Part shown: one piece after another, positions 61,416 through 63,021 of the stretch | Layout: each line of letters opens with the position of its first letter | Numbering within the stretch: the first letter of the stretch is position 1 | DNA from: Rhynchobatus australiae | Taxonomy: Eukaryota | NCBI GenBank assembly: GCA_034780895.1 | Contig: JAUZTB010000072.1 | Coordinates: 19,713,240-19,776,260 of the forward strand | DNA: 63,021 bases | Reading direction: 5' to 3' | The notes under the pieces: generated by a model | The model's input: the letters and a program-made list of their open reading frames with translations, nothing else | The model's database searches: none | Told to the model about the DNA's origin: nothing | Translations under genes and position numbers: made by a program

Positions 61416-63021
61416 GTGTAACTCAAGAACTCCATAGATTGATAAAAAAATGAGACCAAGAGGCACCAAATGTGAGCATTGCTGGCAACACCATTTATTG
61501 CTATACTGGAGTTTTCATTTTTCTTTAGTGTTTCAGCAATTCATACTNNNNNNNNNNNNNNNNNNNNNNNNNNNNNNNNNNNNNNNNNNNNNNNNNNNNN
61601 NNNNNNNNNNNNNNNNNNNNNNNNNNNNNNNNNNNNNNNNNNNNNNNTGGCAGATGTATAGGCAACTGGCTGCTGTACCTACAAAGGCCCAAGAGTGGCA
61701 TAGACCATGAGTTAAGTCAGTAAATTACAGCTCACTTACTATGCATTCTCACGGAGAGTTTGTGAGTGTAACTTGCAAAAGTCTTGAAACAGGCAGCAGC
61801 TCTGAGAGTGCACCCTCCAAGGTCCAACATTTTCAGCTGAGCAAGATGAATTTCAGCGATCCATTGAATACAGTGTTCTATCTACCAGATCATTTGGTGC
61901 AGATAAAAGGTGATACAGTCTTCTTTATCATCAACTATTCTCACAGGTGTTTTGCTTCCACAAACAGAAGGAAATATCAGGTGCTGCAAAATATCCAAAA
62001 CACTCTTAGATAGAGGACTCAGGCACATCAGAAAAATACTTAACATTTTACAGGAAGTTCAAGCAGATGCTGGAAGGAAAAAACTACATTTATTCAGCAC
62101 CTAATCACATCTTCTTAATTACTTTGTGAATGATTGTTACTGATTTGCTATTCCCATTAGCAGATGGTTCAGGAACCAGGAACATAGATTTAAAATGCTG
62201 GGCAGAAGATATAAGTGGTTTGTGAGGATTTTTTTTACACTCAAAGAGTCGTTAAGATCTGCAATTCAATGACTGTAGTCATTGGAAACAGAGTCAATCA
62301 GTGCCTTCAAAAGGGATTTGTACAGGGACAAGCGAGGGAATAACTCACAAGGCCATGGTGGAAGATGGAAAGAATAGGACTGCTATACCAGGAGCTGGCA
62401 TAGTCTTCATAGTCAAATGGCATAATAATTTTATGATTTTATTTTTCAAATGAATGGCATATGAGTTGAATATTTAAGTCATCTTTTTTGTTTGAAGGGT
62501 AGTCACTTTTGCAGTCTGAGAAACTCAATTGCCAGTTTGCATACAGCAAATTTCCACAGCAGGAATGTAATCATTTGTTGCAGAGCTGTTGGATAGGGAA
62601 TTTGCCAGGATTCAGGGGAGGATTTGCAGGCTCCTTTTGGTGTAGGATCTGCCTATACACCAAAATGGCTCAACATAGCCCTTGTACAACATCTAATCTG
62701 CAAGGCAACACTTTGGACAGTGCAGCATTTCCTCAGTCCTGCACTGAAATATTGGCTCGGCACTCAAAACTCATGACAACTCCATCCTTTCATTTACTAA
62801 CATTTACTCTCCAGTTTGTTGCTTGATTTTCATGGGAAAGCTGTTCTTAGCACTATTGCCTATTTGATGGTTAAATTCCAAAATAGACACCCAAATCTGC
62901 CCAGGATTACATAGGTAAAAGGGTACAGAAACAAGCCATTTGGTCCAACCAATTCACCTCCTCCAGCCTGTCAGTGACAGTAATTGGTGACCAATGGGAA
63001 TTAAAGAGGATCGAGATATTA

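Noticed and set aside
54500-63021. Downstream neighbour gene (e.g. VAMP3)
   Set aside because: I recognised no coding exon or CpG-island promoter on either strand; the region is mostly decayed repeats.

Overview
This is vertebrate genomic DNA from a gapped draft assembly. The repeat families point to a cartilaginous fish, possibly a batoid (inference). It is not prokaryotic, and I see no CRISPR, rRNA or operon structure. The window holds the 3' half of a + strand CAMTA gene, best matching CAMTA1 as I recall the human protein. It has ten coding exons with GT-AG boundaries and consistent phases: 128-206, 1081-1399, 4394-4932, 5723-5910, 6923-7169, 9039-9110, a 21-nt microexon at 13570-13590, 17188-17381, 19277-19351 and a last exon from 49101. 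These encode the end of the ankyrin region, a linker and the IQ motifs, followed by a probable ~5 kb 3'UTR. Introns and the downstream flank are filled with decayed CR1 and Rex1/Babar LINE fragments, HE1/V-SINE-like and Deu-like SINEs, and short palindromic Penelope-derived elements. The most interesting observations are five: (i) the LTWIALK microexon that re-spaces two IQ motifs; (ii) a terminal exon intact in two reading frames; (iii) unannotated-looking cassette exon candidates in the 29.7 kb last intron, notably 44533-44591; (iv) a family of ~150-180 bp fold-back elements with TSDs and hammerhead-ribozyme cores; (v) 100-N gaps flanked by 9-18 bp direct repeats. Family names rest on recalled consensus sequences, not database searches, and repeat boundaries are approximate.
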